64,000 nucleotides of DNA, from positions 2,955,520 to 3,019,519 of the forward strand of contig MU058844.1 in the NCBI GenBank assembly GCA_013265495.1, read 5' to 3'. This DNA comes from Vicugna vicugna. Lineage: Eukaryota. Below the pieces are notes generated by a model, which saw only the letters and a list, made by a program, of their open reading frames with translations, was not told where the DNA came from and did not search any database. The position numbers and the translations under genes were made by a program. The stretch's first letter is position 1. Each line of letters opens with the position of its first letter. This document shows, piece by piece, positions 25,445 through 38,837 of this stretch.

Positions 25445-25575
25445 CTTATTCAATCTTTATTTATTGAGCACCTACTATGCACCAGCCACTATTGTAGGCA
25501 GTGGGTGTAGCGGTGAACAGGATAGCTGCAGGCTCTGACTTCACAGGGCTTGTTACCTTATAGTGAAGACAAACA
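25445..25575 (-). mobile_element. L2 3' end
   Basis: ATTTATTGAGCACCTACTATGCACCAGCCACTATTGTAGGC. Confidence 0.8.
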
Positions 25576-25767
25576 CCGGACAAGGGATTACAGAGTGAAG
25601 CATAAGCTTCTAGTAAATCGCTTACTTGTGGCGGGCCCCGCATCACCAGGGATGGAGATCACACACTGTTTCGCTTCTCAGTTAGTGGTGTATTGGGGAA
25701 ATGTTGGATGAAAACTAATGTAAGCTATGAATCTCAATAGCTCGGAATGGAAAAAGTATTTAGAACT

Positions 25768-26205
25768 GTGTTCATCAGGCCCTCTAAAAAGTGATCATCA
25801 AGAATGCGTTAAATATGCAAGCACTTTATTAGGGGAAATGCCCATGAGGAGGAAGCTGGGAGGCAGTGGGAGGAGGCGGGAAGAACTATCAGATCATGAT
25901 GCAAGTCTGACCCCAGTGAAAGAGAGACACACTGGATAGGAGGTTGGGTACAAACATCCTTGTTTGCCATGCAGTCTGAGGAATTTTTGTCCTTAAGCCG
26001 GAGTTGGCCTGTATTATCATCCCTGCCGCCCTCAGTTCCTAGCTGAGAGCAGCAGGTGGGGAGCATGGCCTCTGTGTAAAAGCGGGCATAGCTGTCAGAG
26101 CACGACAGACAACAGCAGCTGGGTCTTCGGTCAGTGCTGCTGGGCTCTTTGGTCAATTACACTTCCTATATGGAAGGTCTTTATGGGCCATTCTCTTGGC
26201 TGCTG
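25768..26205 (-). mobile_element. ERVL solo LTR (LTR16A/B-like)
   Basis: TGCAAG..TTTATTAGGGGAAATGCC..TCAGATCATGATGCAAGTCTGACCCCAGTGAAAGAGAGA..GGGAGCATGGCCTC resembles the recalled LTR16 consensus. Confidence 0.7.
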
Positions 26206-26224
26206 AAAGATTTCTTTTTTTCTT

Positions 26225-26395
26225 AATGAGCATAGAGTTTGGAGTCTGAAATAACCTTGGTTGACTCCAGTCTCAGCCACTTAATAATTTTGTGACATTG
26301 GGCAAATTACTTACAAGTCAATTGTGAAGGTTAAGTGAAATTATACCTGTAATGTGCAATGATATGGTACCTGGAACATAAATGGTGGTCAGTAG
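26225..26395 (+). mobile_element. MIR SINE
   Basis: GAGCATAGAGTTTGGAGTC..GCCACTTA..TGTGACATTGGGCAAATTACTT. Confidence 0.75.
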
Positions 26396-29309
26396 TGTTA
26401 GACCTGCCCTCTTTTCCCTTTGACTGTAGAATACATTCGTTGGTTCAACATACATTTTTGAGGATCTTCTGTATGCAAGGTAAGAAAACAGGGTGAGTTT
26501 GTGAAGGGTCTAAGATATAGTCTCTCCCCTCAAAATTGCTTTACTAAAAAATGCAAAAACATAAAATGCTACTAAATACTCAAATGGAATGAGAAGGAAG
26601 CAGGATCTTTGGGAGATTAAGCAGCATGCACACCTCACTACTTGAATTGTTGGTGAAGTTGAAGGCTCGAAAATTCTTAGGAGAGATTCCGCCTTCCTAA
26701 ATGTTGTGAGTTCATGATGCTTGGAAGAATACATTTCTACAGGTGAGGCAGGGTTTATAAACTCAAAACTAGGAAGACCCTTAGTGGAGCACAGATGGTG
26801 CATCCTTGTTGACCCAGCCCCTTGCCATCGCAATGCTCTTCCAAACCCTTATGTTATGCCTACCAGCCCTCCTCTCAGATTGTCTGCGTGTTACACTGGA
26901 GACAGTGCGGTGTGTCAGTTTACCCCTCAGAATGCTTCCCCAAAGCCCTTTCCTGACCATCTTATTGGCAGAGCAAAGCACTTGCGTTATTGCTCCAGGC
27001 GTGTAAATTTGTGCTTCATGTATCCAGATGGCTCCCAATTGAAATCAATTTAGATATGGCTTGATTACACTTCAGTGGTGCAAGAATTGTCTTTCCAAGA
27101 ATATAGAGAACTTGGTGAATGTTCTGGGAAAATAATTGTAATAATTAATTAAATAAGGCTCAATTCGAGCTGAGAGAACTAGCCTCAGTTCTCATCAGGA
27201 TTACAGACTTGCTCTGCGACATCAGGAAAGTTATTGGCCCTGTCTAGGGCTCCAGTCTGCATCTGTGAAGTCTGTGTGAGCCCAGCAATGGGGGAGGATG
27301 GGATGCAGAAAGGCAGCTGGCAGTGACTGGGCACCTAAAATGTGCCCAGCACCAAGTTAGAGGCTTTGTGGTCATCATCTCCATTAAGCATCGAAGAACC
27401 CTTTGAGGGAGAATCATTTATTCAGTAAATTCACATTAAGAGCTTGTGCTAGTCACTGTTAGCAGGAGGGCATAAGGTAGTGAAATGAACAGGTTGTTCC
27501 CCTTCTTGTACCATGAGCACCGTTTCACAAGATGAAGACACTTGAAGCTTAGGGACATGAGCTATGCTGGTAGGTAGTGGGTGGAGACTCGAAAAAAGGT
27601 CTTCTGACTGCAGAAAAGCAAGGCTTTCTCCTTCCCTGCCACCAGTGCTTCTCAACTTTTTTTTTATAGTAATGAAAGCCTTCCTCCCCTGCAGGGCCTT
27701 TCTAGACCTTATTTTTCCTAATTGCTAATAAATACTAATATGTCACATTGGTCTGAGCCTTGGAGAGCTGAGACTGTAACGTCTAAGACATTTTCACTCA
27801 TACCCAGAAAAACTAATTTTCACTCTGTTAAGCGTGAGATTCCTCCTATTGAATAAATGCTCTACACCACATTCTTTACATCTTTGGAGACACCAACACT
27901 TTTTCAGGCCCAATGAGTATTGGAGTTAAAAAAAAATTAAGTATAAGGCATGGTCCCTACTCTCAAAGAAATTACAAACTCCTAGCCACAAGATCCCATG
28001 ATTCCAATTCTTGATATACTTAGGATTACTAGACAGAAGATAGAACCAGGAAATGAACTACCAACCTGGCAAACAACGAAAGGTTTCATCGGCATTGTTG
28101 GCTGAGTTAACTGTATGGTGATGTTGCACGCCAAGACTTGAAAATAGGGCAGATGCTGTCTTATCTTGGAATCTAAGGGACTGACTCTGTTAGCAACGCC
28201 TCCAATGAGTCTCCATTGCCTCCTGTCTGTATCTTTTATACCCCATCAGCTAAAAGGCCTTGTTGAAATAATTTGGCTCACTAATGGGCTCATCATAAAT
28301 GATACAGACTCCTCTAATCTCACTCACCTCCTCCACATTAATGACACTGGATGGGCACCGGTAGGGGCTCTTTTATTCAGGGGAAAAAAAAGGATTTTGA
28401 TGAATCCATTGCTCACAGGCACAAGAAAAAATTTCAAAACCACTTTGAAATTAAACCTTCTGTGGTCTGAACAAGCATGATTGTCAGTACTTTTATGTAT
28501 TTCCAACGTTGCCACAATTAATATTTTAGAAGGAGCTTCACTGGTGACATATTTAGACACAGAAATCTTAATATTCGTTTCCCGGCAGCCACATTCCATG
28601 GCTCAGCAGAGCAGAGGGAGCCAGTCAAGGCGGCAGTGGCCCTGCCAGAGGGAGCAGGGTGTAGGACTGCAGGGGCTTATACTTGAGCCTCTGCAAAGCC
28701 CTTCTGCCTTCCCCTCTCACACTGATGCCCAGGGAGCTGAGGAAATCACTCTGCTCTCAGCGCCTCCATCAGGCTGATGTCTAGCACCCTGGAGGATAAC
28801 CACAGTTATTTATAGATAAACCCCTCTTGGAAAGGTCAGATTTTATGATGTGTTTATGACCCTCTCTGACCAAATAAGTTCATTTGCATTGGATTCTGGG
28901 GTTGGGGGCAGTCGTTTAAGCAGATTCAATTCATTTCTAAAGCTCTGTGCCTGGTTACGTGAAGCGACGTTGGGCTCGGTTACCTGCACAAAAGTCTAAG
29001 AAGAGAAGTTGCTACTTTAAGTCCCGCCTTCACTCTTCCTGTCTTGTCTTCCCCTGAGTTAGAGAGTTTAGCTGTCTCCAACCAGAGCTTCTCATTTCTG
29101 TGGGAAGATCCTGAGAGAGGACCCTTTGCACACTGGTCACTTGCCATGTCTTTTATGGCCAATGAGGACATCCAGTGACAGATCAGCTTGAGAGTATGTG
29201 CCGGGCATGGGCATGGGATCCTGGCTGGAAAGCCCTTTTCCAAGCTGAGTCCAGAAGCAGCCTGTGGGACTGCTACGTTCATAGATGCCGCACTTGTGAC
29301 TGTAGCCCT

Positions 29310-29720
29310 CACCTGCGGGCAGATGACGCTCACGTGTTTCTCTCCAGTTCCAACCTCTCACCCGAGCTCTGGGGTCACGTTTTCAACTCATTGTGCAATG
29401 TTGTGGGAGCAACAAACTCTTTATATCTAAAACAAACTCTTAAATGCATACCCCCCAAGTCAAATCTGCGTATTTCTATCTTTACAAATGGTAACATCAT
29501 TCCTCTAGTCCCCTAAGCTCAAGAAGGTGGAGTGTTCTTTATTCCCCCTTGAGCAGACTTCCCAGCTCTGCACACCTCCTACTCAGCACACAGTTTTGCT
29601 TCCCTCTCTGTCACCTGACACGTACTCTCCAGAGTATCTCCTCTGTGTTGTCTCAGGAAAACACTGGAAGACCTTCCCCTGAGCTTCTCATCCAGCCCCT
29701 CTCCCACCTCCACCAGGGCT
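29310..29720 (+). mobile_element. L2 fragment
   Basis: GCAGATGAC..TCTCCAGTTCCAACCTCTCACCCGAGCTC (L2 RT-region remnant). Confidence 0.55.
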
Positions 29721-30419
29721 TGAGTACACCCATTACCCTCATCTCTTTAAATTCTCTCTGTTCTATCAGCTCCCTGTTAAATGGGGCTTGGTACGGCTCT
29801 GTCTGCACCCCGGCGCTGTCGTTTAGCACCGGAGCTCTTTCATCTTCCCTAAAATTAGAAATAGTGTCTTCCTCTCAGGGGTGTGGTGAGAATAGTCCGA
29901 AACAACTAGTAAAAAGTGTCTGGCTTGTTGTAGACACTTCCATTCACTCATTTAACAAAAGCCTTATTAGTTTCCAAACACTGAGCTGGGCACTAGGAGT
30001 GACAGTTAGTAGCACTCACTGCCCCCACCTTCTACCCAGTCACTGTTCTGTCTTTCACATGTTAATTTATTTAATGATCACAACAAATTGTTACGATTAT
30101 TATTAGTTGCAGAAGCAGTTACAATAATTGTATGCAGATGACAATGCCAAGGCATGGAGACAGTAAGATCAAATAAAAGTCAAGCCGAGACATGTCTTAG
30201 CCACTGCACATGCTTTCTCTAAGAATGCCACATTCCCTGTCCTCTCCTGCTGTATAGACAAATAAACAGTTACAACACAGCATAATAAGTGCTCTAATTC
30301 AGTCTTGGGGTGTGATGGGAACATGAAGAAAGGAGAAATATTTACTGAGCGATCAGCAAAGCTCAGCTTTGAAAGACCAGTGTTAGTTTCCTTTCCTTTT
30401 GTTGGTTTCTTCCCTATTC

Positions 30420-31050
30420 AGTAACTCTGAACTCATTGCCAGAGTAAGCAAAGTATAGCTCTGGTATTGTCATTCTCCTGCTTAAAAACCCCAGATTTTC
30501 ATTGACTATCCAGTAAAGTCCGTGCTCCTCTAATTGGCTCTGCTGCTGTTTCCTCACCTGGTGTCCACATCCTTACATGTGCTCCTGCATCTTCTTTCTC
30601 CAGGAGGCCCTTGTTCCAATTCATCCCTATGTCCAAACCATCCCTAACTTTCCAAAGTCAAACTATTACTCTTCTTTTAAGCCTTCACCAAATTTTCATC
30701 TAAACATCATCTCTCTGTCTCCTCTTTGAAATTTCATGACCTCATTTCTTTCATTTTTGTGTTAAAGATGTTTACATAAACGATATTGTCTCTTCTACTG
30801 GAGTTGCAGCTCCTTGAGAAAAAAGACAGCTTCTTCTGCATCTTTATGCAAGACATGATGCTAAAACTGTGCTAAATAGAGACCCAGAGTCTTCCCAGAC
30901 TCCTGTGTCTCTCCTGTGTCTGCCCTTCCCTCTAGTCCAATCACTCATCAAATCCTGTCCTCACTTCCTCCTATATAGCTCCTGCACGCCCCACTCCTCT
31001 CTATTCTAGCTTTTATTCAAGCCATCACCCTCCATTACCTTAACTCTGGC
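30420..31050 (+). mobile_element. L2 fragments
   Basis: TGTCATTCTCCTGCTTAAAAACC..TAAAGTCC; AGCTCCTTGAG; CAATCACTCATCAAATCCTG. Confidence 0.6.
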
Positions 31051-31054
31051 ACTG

Positions 31055-31276
31055 CTTAAGTCAGCAAACTTTTACTGTCAAGAGCCAGACAGTAGATAGT
31101 TTTGTCTTTGTGGCCCTTGCAGCCTGTGTTGCAACTATTGAACTCTGTTCTTGAATGAAAGCAGCCACAGACAATACACTAAAACAATGGGTGTGGCTGC
31201 ATTCCAATAAAACTTTATTTACAAAATCAGACAGCTGCTGGGTCAGATTTGGTCTGGCAGTAGTTTGGCAACTCAC
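31055..31276 (+). mobile_element. MER58A hAT-Charlie MITE
   Basis: GTCAGCAAACTTTT..GCCAGACAGTA..GCAACTA..GAAAGCAGCCACAGACAATAC..AATGGGTGTGGCTG..CCAATAAAACTTTATTTACAAAA..GTAGTTTG. Confidence 0.9.
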
Positions 31277-32361
31277 AATTTACACAGATAAGTAATTGTT
31301 CCCAGCATTTGCATTCAAATCCATCATCTAGGAAGAGTCAAAATGATGTTTCTTACCACAAATCTGGTCATGTTCCTCAAAGACTTATAACGAACTGACT
31401 CTTGTCTTTATTATAGCTCTCATTTTCTTCTATGCCCTCCCCCCACCACCTCCACTCTCCCTGTTATCCATCTGACAATCCCTACTCGTCTTTCAAAATC
31501 TGACTCAGAGCTTACTTCTTCCAGAAAGTCTTCCCTTTCCACCATTACCAACACTGGTTACAGACTCTTCTCCTCTATATAAGTGTAGCATGATCTTCTT
31601 TGGATTTGAGAGTCTCACAAACTGAAATGACCAAATGTGCTCACATGGTGATCTTGCCCATTGGAGAGGGAGCTCTTTGCAAAGAGCATGATTGTCTCAT
31701 CTGCCTCTGTATCCTTCCACTCCTGGTACATAGTACTCACTCAACAAGTGTTCTCTGCTTGTACAATGACTGCTGCCAACTGAGAAACATATTCACTTCC
31801 TCAGACCCAAAGATATATTTGTCTCAGTGCTGGTCAGATAACATCATGCCAAGAAGTCAGGGAGTGGCTGAGGATAAAAGGTAGCAGGCGAGGATTCTGT
31901 TCAGGAAGCGGAAGGCAGTTCTGTGTGGAATACTCAGAGCAGTGTGAGGCAATAATTGCCTTTTCATTGGTTTTCAAAAAGAACGGAAAATCTCATGTCT
32001 TGCCAAGTGGCCTGGTAGATATTTCCTCATCCAGATTAACTACCCAGAGAAACCAAATTGTGGGTAGGCACTAAAAAAGGTTAACTTGAATGGGATCGCA
32101 TGCAGATCACATTTGTTGGTGCCGAGTTTACGAGAAGAGGGAAGAAGGGAGTCAAAGAAAGGACAATAAATTAACCCAAGATAAAAAAGAACGAGAGGAA
32201 AGCAGTTTGTTTCTATCTAAACGCTGTGACTTTTCATCATGCACATCCATGAAAGGGCAAGGTAGAGGCAATGAGAATTATAAGAGGTCTTAGTAATTCC
32301 TTCCTTTTATTCATAGTATAAATGGGACTCTCCTTCTATCTCTGACTTTTTCTCTTTCTCC

Positions 32362-32396
32362 GTGTGTGTGTGCACGTGTGTGTGTGCATGTGTGTG
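32362..32396. repeat. Interrupted (TG)n microsatellite
   Basis: Direct read. Confidence 0.9.
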
Positions 32397-33339
32397 ATGG
32401 GTCAGTTGTTTAAGGGCACGATAGCATGACCTTGGGAGAGAGATCAAATTTCTTTAGCTATAAAATGGATACATCACGAACTGGTCACAGGCGTATTCCT
32501 TTTCCTTTGACCAATTTCTCTAAAGAGCAAAAGCGTAGACAGAAGACCCACAGTGAAGTTCATCAGAAACAGCTTGTAAACCACCAGTACATCCACTGAG
32601 ATAGGTTCATTAGAAGGCTACTACCCATAAAGGTTATATTTCTGCACACATCTCTTTTTTAAGTTATAAATTCTGTGTATCTCTAAGCTTCTGAATGTCA
32701 AAACTTGAAATCTAACTCCAACATGGCTCTTAGATTATAGAAGAAAAAAAATGGAAAAATAAAAAGTCATGTCTATTTTGGGGTGTGAGTTTTTTTCCTT
32801 CATGAGTTACTTGGTTTGTAGGGCATGAGAAGTCCATGTTCTGCAGCACCCTTTCTCCACACAACCAAGAGCAAACTCGGCAGTTTTCTCATCAATTGAC
32901 CAGGACAGAGAACGACACGGAGAATTTAAGCAAAACGAAAACCTACTCAACAAGCCTGAAATACCCAGACTGACTTTCTACGGTTGTTAAATTACCCAGA
33001 TGACTCTCTAATCTCTCATCTAAATGCTGTGAAAACAGAACCATGGCACCATTTTATCCAGCAATAAAGGGGAACTCACTCACTTAAATAAGCAACACTC
33101 ACTTCTTAATCTTCACTGCAAGTCTGGGAATGTGGTCCCAGTGGCAGGTAGCTGACATGAGAAGAACTATCGCTCGTGGGCCATCTTCACTGTAAGATTC
33201 AGCCAGAAGAAATGTAAGTCTGCAATGCACTGTTTGAGGCTTACTGCAGGGTTGGAAAAACAAGCTTTACATGAAAAAAAAAAAAGTGAGGAAGAGGGAG
33301 AGACTAGTACCCAAGATTATCTAATCATCCACTAATGGT

Positions 33340-33560
33340 ACTGTGACTGAGGGAAGACTTGGAATCAGAGCTGATTTTTCCTTCTTATTTCATTAATCTC
33401 TCTCTAAGTAACCTCAGGTTAACTTACATTAACTTCACTAAGACTCTGTTTGCTCATCTATAAAGTGGAACACTTATTTCTCTGCCTAACTCACAGGCTT
33501 CTGGAGACAGTAAAGGCACTTTGATATCATCACGAGCATATGAATATGTGAGTTATCACT
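33340..33560 (+). mobile_element. MIR SINE
   Basis: GACTTGGAATCAG..CTCTGTTTGCTCATCTATAAAGTGG..CTGCCTAACTCACAGG. Confidence 0.65.
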
Positions 33561-34384
33561 GTTGTTGTTTATAGTGATACATCATGAAGAGAAAATGATT
33601 GGCGTAAACAAGAAAAGTCAGGTTTCTTCTTATGGGCCCCTAACCTCAGTGATAGCAGGAAAAAGCCTCCTGTATGTTTGAATGGGCAAATGTGGGTATA
33701 AGGAAACGAGTTTATCTGTTACATAAGATAGAGACTAGGCGACTTCTGAGATCTTTTCCAGCTCAGACTCCAGTATCAGTGTCTCCTGTTCCCATTGGGT
33801 GACTGCTTTTGTAAGAATGTATAAATTTGAGTAAGAAGCTGCTTTTTGATTATACTCACCCTGGATTACAACAGGGATAGGGATGGGGTAACATACATTA
33901 TTGAAGCTTAGTTACCTATTACTTTCTCCCGAAATATTTGATACCCTTAATTACTGCCTCTGGGTTGATGTTCTGAACCCATTTGATTTAAGCCTCACAA
34001 CCCTTTTCCTGGTTTCCTTCCTAACTCTTGGGGGTGCTCTTTTTTCTTCTCCTTCCCTGGCTCTCTTTTCATAAATACCCCATAGATATTATGTCCCAAA
34101 GCTTTGTTTTTGTCCTCTCCCTTCAGTCCCTAAGTTATCATCAAATGATTTTGACTATGCACATGTGATGAATACAACCAGTAGGATGATAACTGACAGA
34201 TTTTTATCACCAGCTAAATCATTCCAGCCTTAGGCTTCCAACACCCTCTTCGACATCCCCACACTGTATAAGATCCAGACTTCTCAGTAAGGAACACAGG
34301 TCACCTCATAGCTGACATTCCTAAATTTGAAGCTTTGTTCCTGCCGTGGCCTACAGGTGTCCCTGAGATTCAGATAGGCATCAC

Positions 34385-34588
34385 ATTTTAGTGAGAAAGG
34401 CCTGACTATCAGCTCCAGACTAACTCAGGTTCAAATCTAAGCTCCACTGTTTACTAGATACATACAAACAGCCAAGTCACCCAGACTCTTTGAGCCTCTT
34501 GTTCCTAATCTATGAAATGTTTGTTGTGAGAATTAAATAAGATCATATATGTTAACCTAGCTCAGGCCCCAACAACACAACTTAGTTG
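34385..34588 (+). mobile_element. MIR SINE
   Basis: GGTTCAAATCTAAGCTCCAC..TTTGAGCCTC..TTGTTGTGAGAATTAAATAAGAT. Confidence 0.75.
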
Positions 34589-34691
34589 TTAACCGAGCAA
34601 TGATTCCTTTCTGCTTCTCTCCAGAAATGTTCCATTATTTTTAACAAGCATTGATTCCTTTCTCTTCCTCTTTAGAAATGTTCCATTATTT
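34589..34691. repeat. Tandem duplication, 2 x ~52 bp
   Basis: TTAAC..AGCA(A/T)TGATTCCTTTCT..AGAAATGTTCCATTATTT occurs at 34589-34640 and 34641-34691. Confidence 0.9.
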
Positions 34692-36446
34692 GGATTTTCT
34701 TAAACGTGCCATGATTTATTTTCCACATAACTGTTTTTACACATGCTGTTCCTTTTGCCTAGAATGCACCCTCTTCTCCACCCCAGCCCTCATGCTTGCC
34801 AGGCAAACTATTACACAACTCTTAAGAATGTAGTTATTTGGAAATATTTTCTCGATAAGACCACATGGCAGTCAGATGCAGGTGCTCCTTCCTCCAGGCC
34901 TTGGAAGCCTTTTATTCCTAAGTCTATTACTTTATATCATAAATGATTATTTATATCCGTCTCCCCTGTTAGGGTATGAGCTCACTGAGAGTTCCACATG
35001 TTCAAAACCGAGCAATCGAATGTCATAATTGTAAAGAGATTACAAACCACTGGGCTAATATAAGCCGTATAAATAAATAAAAACAAATATTATATTAGTT
35101 AAACTACATGTGGTAGACACACCATTTAGGTGGGACCTTTCACTTATTCAATCTCCATTTCAGGTACTGGAAACACAAAGATAGCCCCTAGATACTGTCC
35201 CTACCCTCTGGTGTTGAGAGTGAAATCTTAAGTGGGCAAAGATGTCAATTTTAAATTAAAATGAAATTTTCATTTGTGCTTATTTGTTTGGTTTTTGCAG
35301 AAAGTAGTGTAAAGGTCACATGAATTTTAAGTTTCCCTTTCTGCCCCCTGTGTTCATCACTGAGAGGAAAGACTTGAACTATTATACATGTCAAAGGTTT
35401 TAAGAAACAAGTGCCTGAAAACCAGTAAGGATGCCAGTGAAGAGCAGAGAGCACAGTTGGTTAATCAAACAAGTGAACTATGTCATCAAGGACCTAGATC
35501 CTTTTCTTCTTCCCAACCTCCTGCCTTCAAGGTAACTGCCAATGATAAACAAGGCTACGTGTCCCCTTTTCCCCGTGGAGAGGGAAATAAAGTGTGCTTC
35601 TTTCCCATTCATGGAACCAAAGTCCTTCCTCCATCTATCCGTTTGTTCAAAGGAGCTCAGTAACAGGGCCAGAAGAAAGCCATGGAAAGATTATCTTAGC
35701 TCTGGGCTCTCAAATCAGTCACTAGCAAAGAGTGTGAGAATCAGCAAATCAGAGTTCACCCTGGAGCTGAATTTGAATTTCACTCATGCCACGTAAAGGG
35801 CATCATCATACAGCAACATCCACCTACTACACCCTTATGAAGGGGAGGGGAGGAAAAACTGGTGAGTGTTCAGCATTCATAACCCAGAGGCCCAGGAAAA
35901 TGGCTGTGTTTCAACAGTTTATCATTTGCTCAGTGTTTCTTCCTTCCCATAAAAGACATTTTCAGAGTATGTGGAGTTTTTCTTTCTCCTTTTTTTAACC
36001 AAAATCCACTTTGAGTTCACAATGTGATTTTGTCTCCAGGGTTATCATTTTATTAATTGTCAAATGTCTGCATTAGCTATCAGAATTTTTAAAAAAATAG
36101 CTCAATGTCCTATCCAGCTGTTACAGCTTATTCACTGGAGCACTTGTTCAAAAACATCAAAAAAAAAAAAAAGGTTTTTATTTAGTGAAGAGAGTGTTCT
36201 CTTTCTTTTCCTTTCTTCTCTCTTCTGAGGTCAATAAATTTGAATATTTTTAAAATGTGATTAATCAGTTGCTTTGATTTCTCAGGAACAAAGCTAATGA
36301 GAAGGAAAATTATACACTTGGAGAAGTTAAATTAAATTATAGAATAAAAAAAATAAAATTTACCCCTGACATGAACTAGCCTTTTTCCTACCCCAATCCA
36401 AACCCCCCTTTACCTTCTCCACCATCAAAAAGCACATGTGTGTGCA

Positions 36447-36504
36447 TACACACACACACACACATACACACACTCTCTCTCTCTCACTCACACACACACA
36501 CACA
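36447..36504. repeat. Compound (CA)n(CT)n(CA)n microsatellite
   Basis: Direct read. Confidence 0.95.
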
Positions 36505-37599
36505 AAGCCTCTAGGAATGAGAATAGAATGTTCCACTCAGAAGAACACAAGATATTGATTCTCTGAACTCAAAGCATGGCGTTTTGCTGGGTGTATAATT
36601 ATACAGTTCTCAATTCTTCATTGGCAGAAGAGATGTGGGCCATCAGGCCAGTTTGAACCAGCCGATTTGAGGTGTGCAATTCCATGGCTGAGGTCCTAGA
36701 GTTACAAGATTAGACAGTTAGAATGAGGAAGAGATCAAACATCTGAATAGCTTCTCTGTCCTGTTAAATGCCTTTAGAAAATCATTGCCATTACATACAG
36801 ACTGTGACCTTCACCCGCATGAAGACCTCATATAAATGCCCCAGAGTTTATTTTTTAACTTTTATTCTCCTTATGACTGTTGGATTGTTATCAATTATCA
36901 GTTCTTGCTGTTCCCCTTGAACAATCCCTCTGTTTCTAAAAAAGAACATTTACTAATAACAAGGTCAGAGGGTGCCGGGTTTCAGGTTTCCAGCTGGGTG
37001 CTATCACTCACTCATTCCATTTTCTGCTATTTATGTTCTAGCCTTGACCCAGGCTAGTCTATCAGGGGAGGGAGTCATCTCAACTTTCTCACATCTCGAT
37101 TGTGAAAGAGGCAGACTTCATCATGAGAGTCATTCTGCAGGAATCCAGACAGGTTACTACTGCCACGGAAGGCACACAGAGCTGCGATTTTCAAAAGAGG
37201 ATTCCAACCTGTGGACAGTGCCAGTCTTTCCTCTGCCTTAGCGGGAAGGAACATTTTCTCCCACTGTTACTGTCAGACCATCTCAGAGGGAATTTCCTTC
37301 TGGAGGCCAGCTCCCTCATCTCAAGTGTGTGGACTCATTAATCACAGAATTGAATGGCCTCACAGAGGCAATATCAGGCTAAGGGAAGTCTTCCAACGTG
37401 TGTCAAAAGTCATTACTTTACCTTAACGGACAGTCTGGTATTTCACAGAAGTAATATAGGATATGTCCTGCAGGGGTTTGTTGAAAGTGTTGAATGAACT
37501 AATTCATGTGAAGCCCTTAGAGCAACGCTTGGCACACAGCGAGTGGTCAACTATTATTGTTATGACGTAAGGCACTCTGCTCTTGCTGAGAAAATGGTG

Positions 37600-37830
37600 T
37601 TTTGGAAAGCAAGGCATCTAGGTCGGAGCCATGAGTCTTCTACATTCCACTTGTGTGACGTTGGAAAAGTGACTCGAGCTCTCTGAGCCTCAACTTCTCA
37701 TCTAGAAAATGGAAATAATTTCATCTCTCGTGCAGGTTTTTCAAAGGATGATACGATCAAATGCGGTAAAGGTTTTGAGAATCTTTCATGAGCCATGAAA
37801 TGTGGTGCAAATCTTAATGATTACTGCGAG
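37600..37830 (+). mobile_element. MIR SINE
   Basis: TGTGTGACGTTGGAAAAGTGACT..CTCTCTGAGCCTCAACTTCTCATCTAGAAAATGG. Confidence 0.75.
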
Positions 37831-38319
37831 TACCTGATGGCACAGGCCTTGTTTAGAATCTGGTCAAGTGTCCATGATCAGCGTAAGCACACAACAATAT
37901 TTATTATATGGATCATAGATTCCTCAGTGGTGTCACTATGATAACACCGTTGTCCCCTCTCACTTAATTTGCTCTTCCTTCTTGAATCTTTTTCATTCAT
38001 CTAATCAAGGCCAATAGCTGGCTGATAATGTCAGTAAGCATTGTGTCCACCGGTGAATAGTGACTAGCCACGATTTTATTTATAGAAGTGCTTATTTTAT
38101 ATTTACTACTGGAATATCAATAATGTTGTGTGGCACATGATAACTTTTCAAAACAATTTCTGATATATTATCTTATGTAATTGTCACAACAGCCCTCTGA
38201 AGTGGGTATTTTTGTTATTATCCTTACTTTCCAGGTGAGGGAACTGACTGAATAAAACTAAGCCCAAGAACAAGATAGCTCCTGATGGGCAGCAAAATGA
38301 AGTTGAGATCAATTCACAG

Positions 38320-38530
38320 TGCGGCATCATGGTTAAAAGCACACACTGTAAGACCAGACTAAAATTCAAATTCTAGCTCTGCCGTGTGCAAATGATTTAA
38401 ACTTTCTGTGCCTCAGTTTCCTTACCTATAAAAAGAGAGTAATAGTAGCCCTTACCTCATAAGGTATTTGAAAGAATTAATTGTCAAATTATGTAAAACA
38501 TTTAGAAGAGCCATGCACTAACTGAATATT
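38320..38530 (+). mobile_element. MIR SINE (an antisense MIR lies immediately upstream, ~38130-38300)
   Basis: ATGGTTAAAAGCAC..TTCAAATTCTAGCTCTGCC..TCTGTGCCTCAGTTTCCT..TACCTCATAAGG. Confidence 0.85.
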
Positions 38531-38714
38531 AGCCATTGCCATAATTTAATCTGACATTCAGTGCCCTCAACAGCATGAATTCAATCTGTCTTTCCCGACA
38601 GCTCACCTTCTGCCTTTGTACACATCCTGTTCTCCAGCCATCTTCATTCACAGTGGACCTAGCATGATGTATAAGGTGTACAGATGCTCGATAAATGGTT
38701 GTTGAAAAATAAAT

Positions 38715-38837
38715 GAAGGAAAGAAGGAAGAGAGGAAGAATGGGTGGAAGGGAGGAAAGAAGAGAGGAAGAAAGAGGAAGGAAGGAAGGATGGAAGGAAG
38801 GAACGGAGGAAGGAAGGGAGGAAGGAAGGAAGGAAGA
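38715..38837. repeat. GA-rich/(GGAA)n low-complexity tract following an L2 tail
   Basis: Direct read; preceded by the L2 end GATGCTCGATAAATGGTTGTTGAA. Confidence 0.9.

Noticed and set aside
28758..28774. Possible CTCF site (CAGCGCCTCCATCAGGC)
   Set aside because: Several core positions deviate from the consensus; too weak without PWM scoring
29549..30106. 185-aa ORF
   Set aside because: It runs through L2 and MIR relics, has a non-ATG start, and has a low-complexity Ser/Leu bias
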